64,000 bases of DNA, taken from Mobula hypostoma. Taxonomy: Eukaryota. Location: assembly GCF_963921235.1 (NCBI RefSeq), contig NC_086108.1, positions 496,001 to 560,000 on the forward strand, given 5' to 3'. This document shows, in pieces, positions 49,430 through 61,165 of this stretch; the first letter of the stretch is position 1, and every line of letters starts with the position of its first letter. Made by a program: the position numbers and the translations under genes. The notes below the pieces were generated by a model. The model was not told the DNA's origin, searched no databases, and worked only from the letters and a program-made list of their open reading frames with translations.

Positions 49430-50210
49430 GGAATGGGAAGCAGAGTTGAAGTGGGTGGCTACCGGGAGATCCTGTCTATTGTGGCGGATGGAGCGGAGGT
49501 GCTCGACGAAGCCGTCCCCCAATCTGCGTCAGGTTTCACCAATGTCCTTCCAGGTGAGGCAACACTTCACTTGTGAGTCTGTTGGGGTCATCTATTGCAT
49601 CCGGTGCTTCCGGTGCAGCCTCCTCTACATTGGTGAAACCTGACGCAGATTGGGGGACCGCTTCGTCGAGCACCTCCGCTCCGTCCGTCAATACAGACAG
49701 GATCTCCCGGTAGCCACCCACTTCAACTCTGCTTCCCACTCCCATTCAGATATGTCCATACATGGCCTCCTCTACTGCCATGTTGAGGCTAAACTCAGGT
49801 TGGAGGAGCAACACCTCATATATCATCTAGGTAGTCTCCAGCCCCTTGGTATGAACATAGAATTATCCAGCTTCCGGTAATTCCCTCCCCCTCCCTTCCT
49901 CTATCCCTATGTCACTCTGCCCCCTCCCCCAGCTGCCTATCACCTCCCTCGTGGTCCCGCCTCCTTCTACTACCCATTGTGTTTTCCCCTATTCTTTCTA
50001 AACCTTTCCTGCCTATCCCCTCCCTGCCTCCCCTCCCCCACCCCTTTATCTTTCCCCTTACTGGTTTTTCACCTGGAACCTACCAGCCTTCTCCTTCCCA
50101 CCCTCCCCCCACCTGCTTTATAGAGCCTCTGCCCCCTCCCCCTACAGTCCTGACGAAGGGTTCTGGCCCAAAACGTCCACTCATCGTTTCCACGGATGCT
50201 GCCCGACCAG
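49430..50210 (+). mobile_element. Penelope-like element 3' part: GIY-YIG endonuclease remnant, 5' inverted duplication, terminal degenerate hammerhead
   Basis: SFQVRQHFTCESVGVIYCIRC..C.LLYIGET*RRLGDRFVEHLRSV..VATHFNS..H..LEE..LI..LGSLQPLGMN. 49430-49545 is the reverse complement of ~49628-49746. agtcctgacgaagggttctggcccaaaacgtc at 50146-50177. Confidence 0.9.
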
Positions 50211-51153
50211 GTTAATTAGTTATTGTAAATTGTCCTGTGATTAGGCTATGATTACATGACGGGGAATGTTGGGTAGTGCGGATCGAAGGGCCAGAAGGGC
50301 CTATTCCCCACTGCATCTCAATATATAATTTAAAAAATGTCAGTACTTCCTCAAGGAGAGATCTCAGAGAAAGAGGTATTGCAGACATAAGGTTGCCAAG
50401 AATATCTCTGAGTGGTGATGTTCCTTTTCTACAGACTGGCCCAGAAAGAGAGTCGGAGAGAAGTCACAGATGCAGAGGGTTTTCCCCCACTCCCTTTCCC
50501 GTTCACTGAGTCCCAGCACAGAACCACTGTCTAAGTAATGCTGTTGATTCATGGTTTTGTAATCTTGTTTTCAGAGAAGATTAAAAATAAGTTTTTGGTT
50601 TTGGGAGAAGCAGGAGTCACTGAGCTAAGGGCTGAGGGAAGGAAGTTAGGTTAGAATATTTGTCCTGAGAGTTTGGGTGGCAGAAGGGTGACCTTGTAGA
50701 AGTTTATAAAAATCATGAGGGATATAGATGAGCTGAATGATTACAGCCTTTTCCCCAGAGTAGCAGAGTCTAAAACTAGAGGGCAGAGGTTTAAGGTGAG
50801 AAGGGAGAGATTTAAAAGTAAACTGGCTTATTATGGTTATATGTACTGAGATACAGTGGAAAAACTTGGGTTGCATACCTTTCAAACAGATCTATTCACT
50901 ATAATGTTTCATCGAGGTGGTACAAGGGAAAATGACAGAGTGCAGAATAAAGTGTAACAGCTACAGAGTAAGTGTAATGCAGGTAGACATGAAGTGCGAA
51001 GTCATAACGAGGCAGATAGTGAGATCAAGAATCTACCTTATACTAGGAGACTGATCTTCTGGGTGGTGAGCCTGTGGAATTTACTAGCAGAGATGGCTGT
51101 GGAGGCCAAGTCTTTGGGTGTATTTAAAGTGGATAGGTTATTGATTAGTAGTC

Positions 51154-53746
51154 TGATCAGAGAGTGTCACAGCTGCAGAAAAGGAGGAAGTCATGGAGGG
51201 ATTGTCTATGGAGCTTCTGATGGTGGAAGTTAGGAACAGGAAGGGGTCAATAACTCTACTGGGTGTTTTTTATAGACCACCCAACAGTAACAGGAACATC
51301 GAGGAGCAGATAGGGAGACAGATTCTGGAAAGGTGTAATAATAACAGGGTTGTTATAGTGGGAGATTTTAATTTCCCAAATATTGATTGGCATCTCCCTA
51401 GAGCGAGGGGTTTAGCTGGGGTGTAGTTTGTTAGGTGTGTTCAGGAAGGTTTCTTGACACAATATGTAGATAAGCCTACAAGAGGAGAGGCTGTACTTGA
51501 TCTGGTATTGGGAAATGAACATGGTCAGGTGTCAGGTCTCTCAGTGGGAGAGCATTTTGGAGATAGTGATCACAATTCTATCTCTTTTACCATAGCATTG
51601 GAGAGGGATAGGAACAGACAAGTTAAGGAAATGTTTAATTGGAGTAAGGGGAAATATGGAGCTATCATTCAGGAACTTGGAAGCATAAATTGGGAACAGG
51701 TGTTCTCAGGGAAATGTATAGAAGAAATGTGGCAAATGTCCTGGGGATATTTGTTGAAGTTCTGCATAGGTATGTTCCAATGAGACAGTGAAAGGATGGT
51801 AGGGTACGGGAACCATTGTGTACAAAGGCTGTTGTAAATGAGTCAAGAAGAAAAGTAAAGCTTATGAAAGGTTCAAAAACATTAGGTAATGATAAAGATC
51901 CAGAGATTATAAGGCTAGCAGGAAGGAGCTTAAGAATGAAATTAGGAGAGCCAGAAGGGGCCATGAGAAGGCCTTAGCAGACAGGATTAAGGAAAACCCC
52001 AAGGCATTCTACAAGTATGTGAAGAGCAAGAGGATAAGACGTGAGAGAATAGGACCAATCAATTGTGACAGTGGAAAAGTGTGTATGGAACCAGAGGAGA
52101 TAGCAGAGGTACTTAATGAGTACTTTGCTTCAGTATTCACTACAGAAAAGGATCCTGGCAATTGTAGGGATGACTTAAAGTGGACTGAAAAGCTTGAGCA
52201 TGTAGATATTAAGGAAGAGGATGCGCTGGAGCTTTTGGAAAGCATCAAGTTGGATAAGTCACCGGAACCGGACAAGATGTACCCCAGGCTACTGTGGGAG
52301 GCAAAGAGGTTCTGGAGGATTGGAGGGTTGCAGATGATGTTCCTTTATTCAAGAAAGGGAGTAGAGATAGCCCAGGAAATGATAGATCAGTGAGTCTTAC
52401 TTTAGTAGTTGGTAAGTTGATGGAAAAGATCCTGAGAGGCAGGATTTATGAACATTTGGAGAGACATAATATGATTAGGAATAGTCAGCATGGCTTTGTG
52501 AAAGGCAGGTCGTGCCTTACGATTTTTTGAGGATGTGACTAAAAACATTGATGGAGATAGAGCAGTAGATGTGGAGTATATGGATTTCAGCAAGGCATTT
52601 GATAAGGTACCCCATGCAAGGCTTATTGAGAAAGTAAGGAGACATGGGATCCAAGGGGACATTGCTTTGTGGATCCAGAACTGGCTTGCCCACAGAAGCT
52701 ATAGAGTGGCTGTAGGCAGGTCATATTCTGCATGGAGGTCAGTGACCAGTAGTGTGCCTCAGGGATCTGTTCTGGGAGGCCTTTTCTTTATGATTTTTAT
52801 AAATGACCTGGATGAGGAAGTGGAGAGATGGGTTAATAAATTTGCTGATGACACAAAGTTTGGGGGTGTTGTGGATAGTGTGGAGGGCTGTCAGAGGTTA
52901 CAGTGGGACATTGATAGGATGCAAAACTAGGCTGAGAAGTGGCAGATGGAGTTCAACCCGGATAAATGTGAGATGGTTCATTTTGGTCAGTCAAATATGA
53001 TGGCAGAATATAGTATTAATGGTAAGACTCTTGACAGTGTGGAGGATCAGAGGGATCTTAGGGTCCGAGTCCATAGGACACTCAAAGCTGCTGCGCAGGT
53101 TGACTCTGTGGTTAAGAAGGCATACAGTGCATTGGCCTTCATCAATCATGGGATTAAGTTTAGGAGCCAAGAGGTAATGTTTCAGCTATATAGGACCCTG
53201 GTCTGGCCCCACTTGGAGTATTGTGTTCAGTTCTGGTCGCCTCACTACAGGAAGGATGTGGAAGCCATAGAAAGGGTGCAGAGGAGATTTACAAGGATGT
53301 TGCCTGGATTGGGGAGCATGCCTTATGAGAATAGGTTGAGTGAACTCGGCCTTTTCTCCTTGGAGCGACAAGGATGAGAGGTGACCTGATAGAGGTGTAT
53401 AAGATGATGAGAGGCATTGATCGTGTGGATAGTCAGAGGCTTTTTCCAAGGGCTGAAATGGCCAGTACAAGAGGGCATAGTTTTAAGGTGCTTGGAGGTA
53501 GGTACAGAGGAGATGTCAAGGTAAGTTTTTTATGCAGAGAGTGGTGAGTGTGTGGAATGGGCTGCTGGCGACGGTGGTGAAGGCGGATATGATAGGGTCT
53601 TTTAAGAAATTCCTGGAAAGGTACATGAAGCTTAGAAAATTAGAGGACTATGGATAACCCTAGGTAGTTTCTAAGGTAAGGACATGTTCGGCACAGCTTT
53701 GTGGGCTGAAGGGCCTGCATTGTGCTGTAGGTTTTCCATGTTTCTA
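51154..53746 (+). mobile_element. Degenerate CR1 LINE ORF2 (same subfamily as 2680-4545)
   Basis: Fragmented ORFs with [31 protein letters not shown] and KFADDTK. 3' UTR ends ttttccatgtttcta. Confidence 0.93.
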
Positions 53747-54182
53747 ATCTTATAATAATGGGAAAGAAGCTGTTCTTGAGTCTCGTGGGACATGCTTTCA
53801 GGCTTTTGTATCTTCTGCCTGATGGGAGGTACAGGGATAGGAACAATTTAGCAGGATATGAGCCAAAACGTAGGTCAGTGGATTTGCTCAGATTGGCACC
53901 TTGGTTGTCATTGTGAGTAAGGTCATAGGGCCTGCTTTCCCCGCTGTGTAGTCTATGACAACTTCCCCCCTCCCCAACCTTCTTACATGGTGTGAAATCT
54001 GTCGTTTTGCAGCAGCAATACAGCATAGACATAGAATTGCATTCTACCACAAAGTAAATAAAAAGTGCAAAAAAACTATTTATTTATTTATTTATTTATT
54101 TATTTACTTATTGCTTTGATTTGACCCAAACAGTGTATTTCACTGTGTGTTTTGATATACGTGTGACAAGCACAGCTGAGCT

Positions 54183-54385
54183 TTGATGAGGCGGTGTGGC
54201 GGGAGCCTCTATTTCCTGCTCTGGCAGTGTTTGCCCAGCCAGTGCAGAGGGAGCTTCACTCTTTGCCTGTTCCCTGCTATAGCAGTGTTTGATGGGACAG
54301 CGTGGAGGGAGCCTCACTCTGTCTCTATTCCTTGCCCTGGCAGTGTTTGCCCAGCCAGTGCAGAGGGAGCTTCACTCTGTATCTT
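54183..54385 (+). repeat. Short minisatellite (~55-63-bp unit, 3-4 degenerate copies)
   Basis: ctggcagtgtttgcccagccagtgcagagggagcttcactct occurs twice, with the variant cagtgtttgatgggacagcgtggagggagcctcactct between them. Confidence 0.7.
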
Positions 54386-54964
54386 GTGGTTAATAGTGGC
54401 ACACTGGCAAACCCGTGACCAGATCCCCCAGTCATATAGAGCACCATCCAGGTTAAACCCTTCTCTTTCCATCACAGATGTCCTTGAAGGCTAGCGACTC
54501 TGTGTTGGCCATTCTGCTAAGCAGTGAAAATGTTTTGATGGATGCTCCACAGACCATACAGCACTCAGCCGTGGATCTGAAAGCTCGTGATGACAAGAAG
54601 ACAGATATTTTGCAGAATGGAAGGCATCAGACAATCCGAAACAGACTGCTCGGGGGACTCTGAAATCTGAGTGTTACAATCTCGTGGAGAGACCCAATAA
54701 GGAGAATTACTCCCTTGCAGTTTGAGAACTTTAATGTTTCACTGATCAGTTTTCTTTCTCCCTGACAGTCTTAAACAAATCAAGATTTGTTGCTGAGTCA
54801 CAGAATTAGAATCAGGTTTATTGTCACTAACGTGCATTGTGAAATTTGTGGTTTTGAGGCAGCAGTACAGTGCAGGCATAGTGATTTGCTTTAAGTTACA
54901 ATAACATATATAGTGAAAAAAAAGGACCAGTGAGGTAGCGTTCATGGGTCAATCATAAATACCA

Positions 54965-55335
54965 GAAGTTCTGCAGATGCTGGAAATCCAAAGCAGCACT
55001 CACGAAATGCTGGAGGAACTCAGCAGGTCAGGCAGCATCTATGGAGAGGAATGAACCAGTGGAAGTTTCAGGCCAAGACCCTTCTTCAGGACTGGAAAGG
55101 AAGGGGGAAGATGCCAGAATAAAAAAGTGCAAGGAGAGGAAGAAGGATAGCTGGAAGGTGATGGGTGGGAAAGGTAAAGGGCTGGAGAAGAAGGAATCTG
55201 ATAGGAGTGGAGAGAGGAGAAATAGAAGGAGGAGGGGACCTAGGAGTAAGTAATCTGCAGGTGATAAGTAATGAAAGGAGTGGGGAATAGAGGGGGAGGA
55301 GGGAATTTGTTCACCAGAAGAAGAAATCAATATTG
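54965..55335 (-). mobile_element. Penelope-like terminal fragment with hammerhead-like motif (55058-55093); similar copy at 62595-63017 (-)
   Basis: Minus strand agtcctgaagaagggtcttggcctgaaacttccact plus the conserved atagatgctgcctgacctgctgagttcctccagcattt tail. Confidence 0.72.
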
Positions 55336-55939
55336 GAGGGTACCACGGGTTCATTGCCCATTCAGATGTCAGCGAGGAAGAAGCTGTTCCTACAAGATTG
55401 AATGTGTATCCTCAGGCTCCTGTAACTCCTCAGTGATGGTAGTGATGAGAAGATGGTGTGCCCTGGATGGTGAGGCACCTTAATGTTGGATACCGCCTTC
55501 TTGAGGCATTGCCTTTGGTGTCTCCAAACCAGACGGTGATGCAATCAGTTAGAATGCTCTCTATGGTATCTGTAGAAATTTACTGGAGCCTTTGGTGATA
55601 TACTAAATCTCCACAAACTCCTAATAAAATATAGCTATTGTAATGCCTTCTTCATAATTGCATCAATATGTTGGGTCCAGTATAGGTCTTCAGAGGAGTT
55701 GACACCCACAATCTTGAAGCTGCTCAGCTTTTCCACAGCTGACCCTTCGATGAGGACTGATCTGTATTCTCCTGACTTCCCCTTCCTGAAGTCCGGTAAG
55801 TCACTCCTGAGTCTTCTACATGCCAAGGGATAAAGAACCAGCCCATCCAACCTCTCAGTACTTCAAGTCCTGGCAACATCCTCCCAAATCTTTTCTACAC
55901 TCTTTCTAGTTTAATGACGAGAACTGAACACAGTACTCC

Positions 55940-57230
55940 ATGTTGGTGCACAGACACAACAAATTGGTGACGAGTACAAACCTGAATGTCAGAAAACATC
56001 ACGAACTGCACCAACAGTTATGGGGCAAGACAGCAAGAGTAAAGAGTTAAACAGCGTGGAAGCCATCACAGACGCTAACGAAGGGATGCAGGAGTACAGC
56101 ATAGTGTACAGCGAGAAACACAACTAGCAAGGTTAAAGTGAAAATAATACGGCAATGGCTTCAGTTGGGAAGTTGATGAATTTAATAGTGCTAATGAAGG
56201 CTGGGAGTCCTATATTGAGAGCATGCAACTGTACTGTAACATGAACAATATGGAGAGCAAAAGAAAGCCCCCTCACTTCTTAGCTCAATGGATGCAAGAA
56301 TGTTCAGTCTCTTAGACTACTTAGTCACCCCTGAAAAGCCAGCAAGCAAGACGTTCAACAAAATTGTTACAATTATACAAGATCACTTGAGCCCTAAACT
56401 GCTGGTAATAGCTGAGAGGTTTATCCAAACCTTAAAAATGTCCATTAAAGCCATGGACAAGGAGAACATTTCTCTGCAGCACTTTGTGGACAATTTCCTT
56501 TCAGAACTCTGTTCATGTGATGACAATTCAAGCACCTGCAATGCTGCCATGAGCAGGAACCTGAGATCTCTCATAGACCCCCTGAAACCAAACCTACAGA
56601 GGGAAGTGCAGGATAAACAGTTCAACCAATTGCCAAGTGAATCAGCAAGCAGCTATGAGGTTGGATAGGAAGTCCTAGTGCGTGATTACCGAGGAGACAA
56701 GTGGACACCCAGTAGGATAACTGCAAGAACTGGACCATTGATGTACTGGGTGGATGTCAGAGATCATACATGGAGACATCATGTGGACCAGATACTGGAT
56801 GCTCGGCAGAAGAACACATCTGAGGTGACTGCACCCTACAAGACGGATACATTACAGCCACCAGACTTGCCTCTCAGTGATAATCATGTCACTGACAACA
56901 ATGTGACACCTGCAACAGAGAACAGTGTCTTTGACAAGACACCTGCCAAATCCAATGCTACCCCACACGTCCAGAGGGACTGTCCTGAAAGAAATAGAGC
57001 ATCACCAAAAAGACTAAAGCTTTAGAACAGCGAAGCTAGTTATGGAAAGTTATTGTGAAAACATGTTTATTTGAACATGGTTTGTGAAATGGAAACTCAA
57101 TGTTTTGTAAATATACAGTTTTATATTACATGAATCTAAAGGGAGAGGAAGTGCAATGTGTGGATCTGTTCTTTTTAGAACAGTCACTCCCCACTGCAAT
57201 ACAATTGATCTGCTGCCTGCACAAGGCACA
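55940..57230 (+). mobile_element. Internally deleted Gypsy/Ty3 (Mag-like) LTR retrotransposon remnant
   Basis: CA-aat-TGGTGACGAG primer-binding-site-like motif (55965). Gag start MASVGK..EFNSANEGWESYIE (56155). PKLLVIAERF joined to integrase IQTLK..RNLRS..LKP..VRDYRGDKW..TGPLMY.V..WRHHVDQI. Polypurine tract AAAGGGAGAGGAA (57138-57150) followed by TG. Confidence 0.8.
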
Positions 57231-60200
57231 AAACCATAAGACCATAAGACATAAGAGCAGAATTAGGCCATTTGGCCCATTGAGTCTGCTCAATCATCGA
57301 GTCAATCATGGCTGATCTTTTTTTTCCTCCTTCTCAACCCCATTTCCTGGCCTTCACACCATAACCTTTGATGCCATGTCCAATCAAGAACCTATCTATC
57401 TCTGCCTTAAATACACCCAATGTCCTGGCCTCCACAGCTGTATATGACAACAAAATCTACAAAATTCACCACCCTCTGACTATAGAAATTTCTCCGGCTC
57501 TGTTTTGAAAGGGAGCCTTTCTTGTCCTAGACTCTTCCACTAAGGGAAACATCCTTTCCACATCTACTCTTTTAAGGCCTTTCAACAGTCAAAAGGTTTC
57601 AAGGAGTTCCCCCTCATTCTTCTAAATTCCAATGAGTACAGACCCGGAGCCATCAAACGTTCCTCGTATGATAACCTTTTCATTCCTGGAATCGTCCTTG
57701 TGAACCTCCTCTGGATCCTCTTCAATGCCAGCGCATCTTTTCTAAGATGAGGAACCCAAAACTGTTCACAATACTCAAGGTGAAGCCTCACCAGTACCTT
57801 ATAAAACCTCAGTATCACATCCCTGCTCTTGTGTTCTAGACCTCTTGAAATAAATACCAATATTGCATTTGCCTTCCTCACCACCAAATCAACCTGCAAA
57901 CTAACCTTTAGGATGTTCTTCCAAGGACTCCCAAGTTCCATTGCATCTCAGATTTTTGGATTTTCACCCCATTTAGAAAATAGTCCGCACATTTATTTCT
58001 ACTACGAAAGTACATGGCCATGCATTTTCCAACATTATATTTTATTTGTCACATCTTGTCCATTCTCCTAATCTGTCTAAGTCCTTCTGCATCCTACCTG
58101 TTTCCTCAAAATGATCTGCCCCTCCACCAATCTTCATATCATCTGCAAACTTGGCAACAAAGCCATTTATTCCATCATCTAAATCATTTATATACAGCAT
58201 TTAAAGAAGTGATCCCTGCGGAACACCACTAGTCACTGGCAGCCAAGGATCCATTTATTCCCACTCACTGCCTCCTACCAATCAGCCAATGTCCCAACTA
58301 TGTTAGTAACTTTCTTGTAATACCATAGGCTCTTAACTTGGTAAGCAGCCTCATGTGTGACACCTTGTCAAAGGCCTTCTGAAAATCCAAATATACAACA
58401 TCCACTGCATCCCCTTTATCTATCCTACTTGTAATTGCCTCAAAGAATTCCAACAGGTTCGTCAGGCAGGATTTTCCCTTAAAGAAAACATGCTGACTTT
58501 GTCCTATCTTGTGCTGTGTCACCAAGTACTCCATCACCTCATCCTTAACAATTGACTAACATCTTCCCAACCACCGAGGTCAGGCTAATTGGTCTATAAT
58601 TCCCTTTCTGCTGCCGTCCTCCTTTCTTAAAGAGTAGAGTAACATTTGCAATTTTCCAGTCCTCTGGCTCCATGCCAGAGTCCAACAATTTTTGAAGGAT
58701 CATTTCTAATGCTGCCACAATCTCTAACGCTCCCCATTTCAGAACCCTAGGGTGTCATTCATCTGGTCCGGGTGACTTACATACTTTTAGGTCTTTCAGC
58801 TTTTTGAGCACCTTCTCCCTTGTTACAGTAACAGCACCCACTTCTCTTCCTTCACACACTACAACATCTGGCACACTGCTAGTGTCTTCCACAGTGAAGA
58901 CTGATGCAAAATACTTATTTAGTTCATCTGCCATCTCCTTGTCCCCTGTTATTGTTTTTCCTGTCTCATTTTCTAGCAGTCTCATCTCTGTTTTAATTTT
59001 TACATACTTGAAAAAGCTTTTACCATCCACTTTAATATTATTTGCTAGCTTGATTTCGTATTTCATCTTTTCCCTTCTAATGATTCTTTTAGTTGCTCTT
59101 TCTAGGTTTTTAAAAACTTCCCAATCCTCTATCTTCCCACTAATTTTTGCTTTGTTGTACGCCCTCTCTTTTGTTGTTACATTAGCTTCGCCTTCCCTTG
59201 TCAGCCATTTGAGTATTTCTCCACGTTTGGAATACACATGTCCTGCACCTTCCTCATTTTTCCCAGAAACACACGCCATTGCTGCTCTGCTAACATACCT
59301 GCCAGCAGCTCCTTCCAGTTCACCTTGGACAACTCCTCTCTCATGCCACTAACTTTCATTACCATACTTCACTGAAATATTGCAACGTCAGACTTTACTT
59401 TCTCCCTTTCAAATATCAAGTTGAACTCAATCATGTTGTGATCACTGGTTCCTAAGAGTTATTTTACCTTAAGCTCTCTAATCGCCTCTGGTTGTGTAAT
59501 GACATAACACCCCATCCAGTATAGCTGATCCCCTAGTAGGCTCAATGACAATAGCTCCAAAAAGCCATCTCTTAAGCATTCAACAAACACACTCTTTTGA
59601 GATCCATTACCAACCTGATGTTCCAAATCGAACTACATGTTAAAATTGCCTGTGATTATCATAACAGCACCCATTTGACACACCTTTTCTATTTCCTGTT
59701 GTAATCTGTGGTCCACCTTCCAGCCACTGTTGGGAGGCCTGTATGTAACTGGCATCAGGGTCCTTTTACCCTTGCAGTTTCTTAACTCAATCTACAAGGA
59801 TTCAACATCTTCTGATCCTATGTCACATCTTTCTACTGATTTGATGCCATTCTTCACCAGCAGAGCCACAACCCCCTCTGCCTACCTTCCTATCCCTCTG
59901 ATACAACATGTAACCTTGGACATTCAGCTCCCAACTACAACCATCCTTCAGCCACGATTCAGTGATGGTCACAACACCATACCTGACAATCTGTAATAGT
60001 GCAAGAAGATCATCCACCTTATGTCTTATACTCGGCGCTTTGAGATACAACACCTTGAGTACTGTATTTGCTACCCTTTTTGATTTTGAATCCCCAATGT
60101 ACTAATACTCACCCTGTTAGCTGCGACTATGTCCCATCACCTGTCTGCCCTTCCTGACAATCTCACTGCATGCCATCTTACTGTCAGTCCTATCCTGAGT

Positions 60201-60528
60201 CACATCACTCTGGTTCCCACTCCCCCTGCCAAATTAGTTTAAACCCTTCCCAACAGCTCTAACAAACCGGCCTGTGAGAATATTGCCCCCCCTCGGGTTC
60301 AGGTGCAACCCATCACTTTTGAACAGGTCATACGTCCGCAGAAAAGAACACAATGATCCAAGAACCTGAAGCCCTGCCCCCTGCAACGGCTTCTCAGCCA
60401 CACATTTATCTGCCAAATCATCCTGTTTCTACCCTCACGGGGGTGTGGCACAGGCAACAACCCAGAAATTACTACGCTGTGGTTCCTGCTACTGATTTTC
60501 CTAACTAGTTCTCTAAATCTCTTTTCAG
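57231..60528 (-). mobile_element. Old CR1 LINE (ORF1 end and ORF2, many lesions) inserted in the Gypsy 3' LTR
   Basis: Minus-strand pieces VVISGLLPVP, DGLHLN, ITESW, KSPGPD, YLDFQKAFDKV and RLHLEYC. (cttatggt)n tail at 57233-57255. Confidence 0.9.
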
Positions 60529-60966
60529 GATCTGCTGTCCGCGCGTGCACATCGTGTCACCGGGCTCCGAAATGGCCCAAGTGCGGCGTGAGAGGCACTG
60601 AACCGGGTCAATAGTTGACAGACTTTAATGTAAACAGAGTTAGAGGTAAAAGAAAACAATAAACTCAAGGTCAAAGAGGGCTGTTAACTAAAATTCTCAA
60701 ATGGAAAATGAAGTTGACACTGAGGCTGAAAGGAATAAATAAATAAATATAAAGTGAATACTGCTAGTCTTCAGAGTCAGTTGGCCTGACCGCCCAATTT
60801 CGCAGACAAACTCGAATGCAAACAGGTAGCGAAGCATTGCCGTGCTGGGTTCAGGTCTTGGCAAGCAGTACGGCGGAAAGAATGCAGTTAAATGCTATCA
60901 CAATGAATTAATAATTGCTGATGTGCACATTCACGAGCGCAACTGCCGAACATGCTGTGCTGCCAT

Positions 60967-61165
60967 GATCTGTTGTCCACACATGTATGTTGATCATTTA
61001 TCTACACATGCATATATATCTTTTGTCTACACATTCACTGAGATCTGTTGCCCACACAGGTACATTGATCTGTTGTCTACACATGCACACTGATCTGTTG
61101 TCTACACATGCACATTGATCTGTTGTCTGCGTAAGCACATTCATTTGTTGTCTGCATGCACATTG
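60967..61165 (+). repeat. 25-bp tandem repeat (gcacattgatctgttgtctacacat), probably part of the split Gypsy 3' LTR
   Basis: About 8 degenerate units. The same unit is seen at 57204-57230 and 60529-60554. Confidence 0.7.

Noticed and set aside
60967..61165. Regular 25-bp repeats suggestive of a CRISPR-like array
   Set aside because: The units are contiguous tandem repeats without unique spacers, in a vertebrate repeat context with no cas genes.
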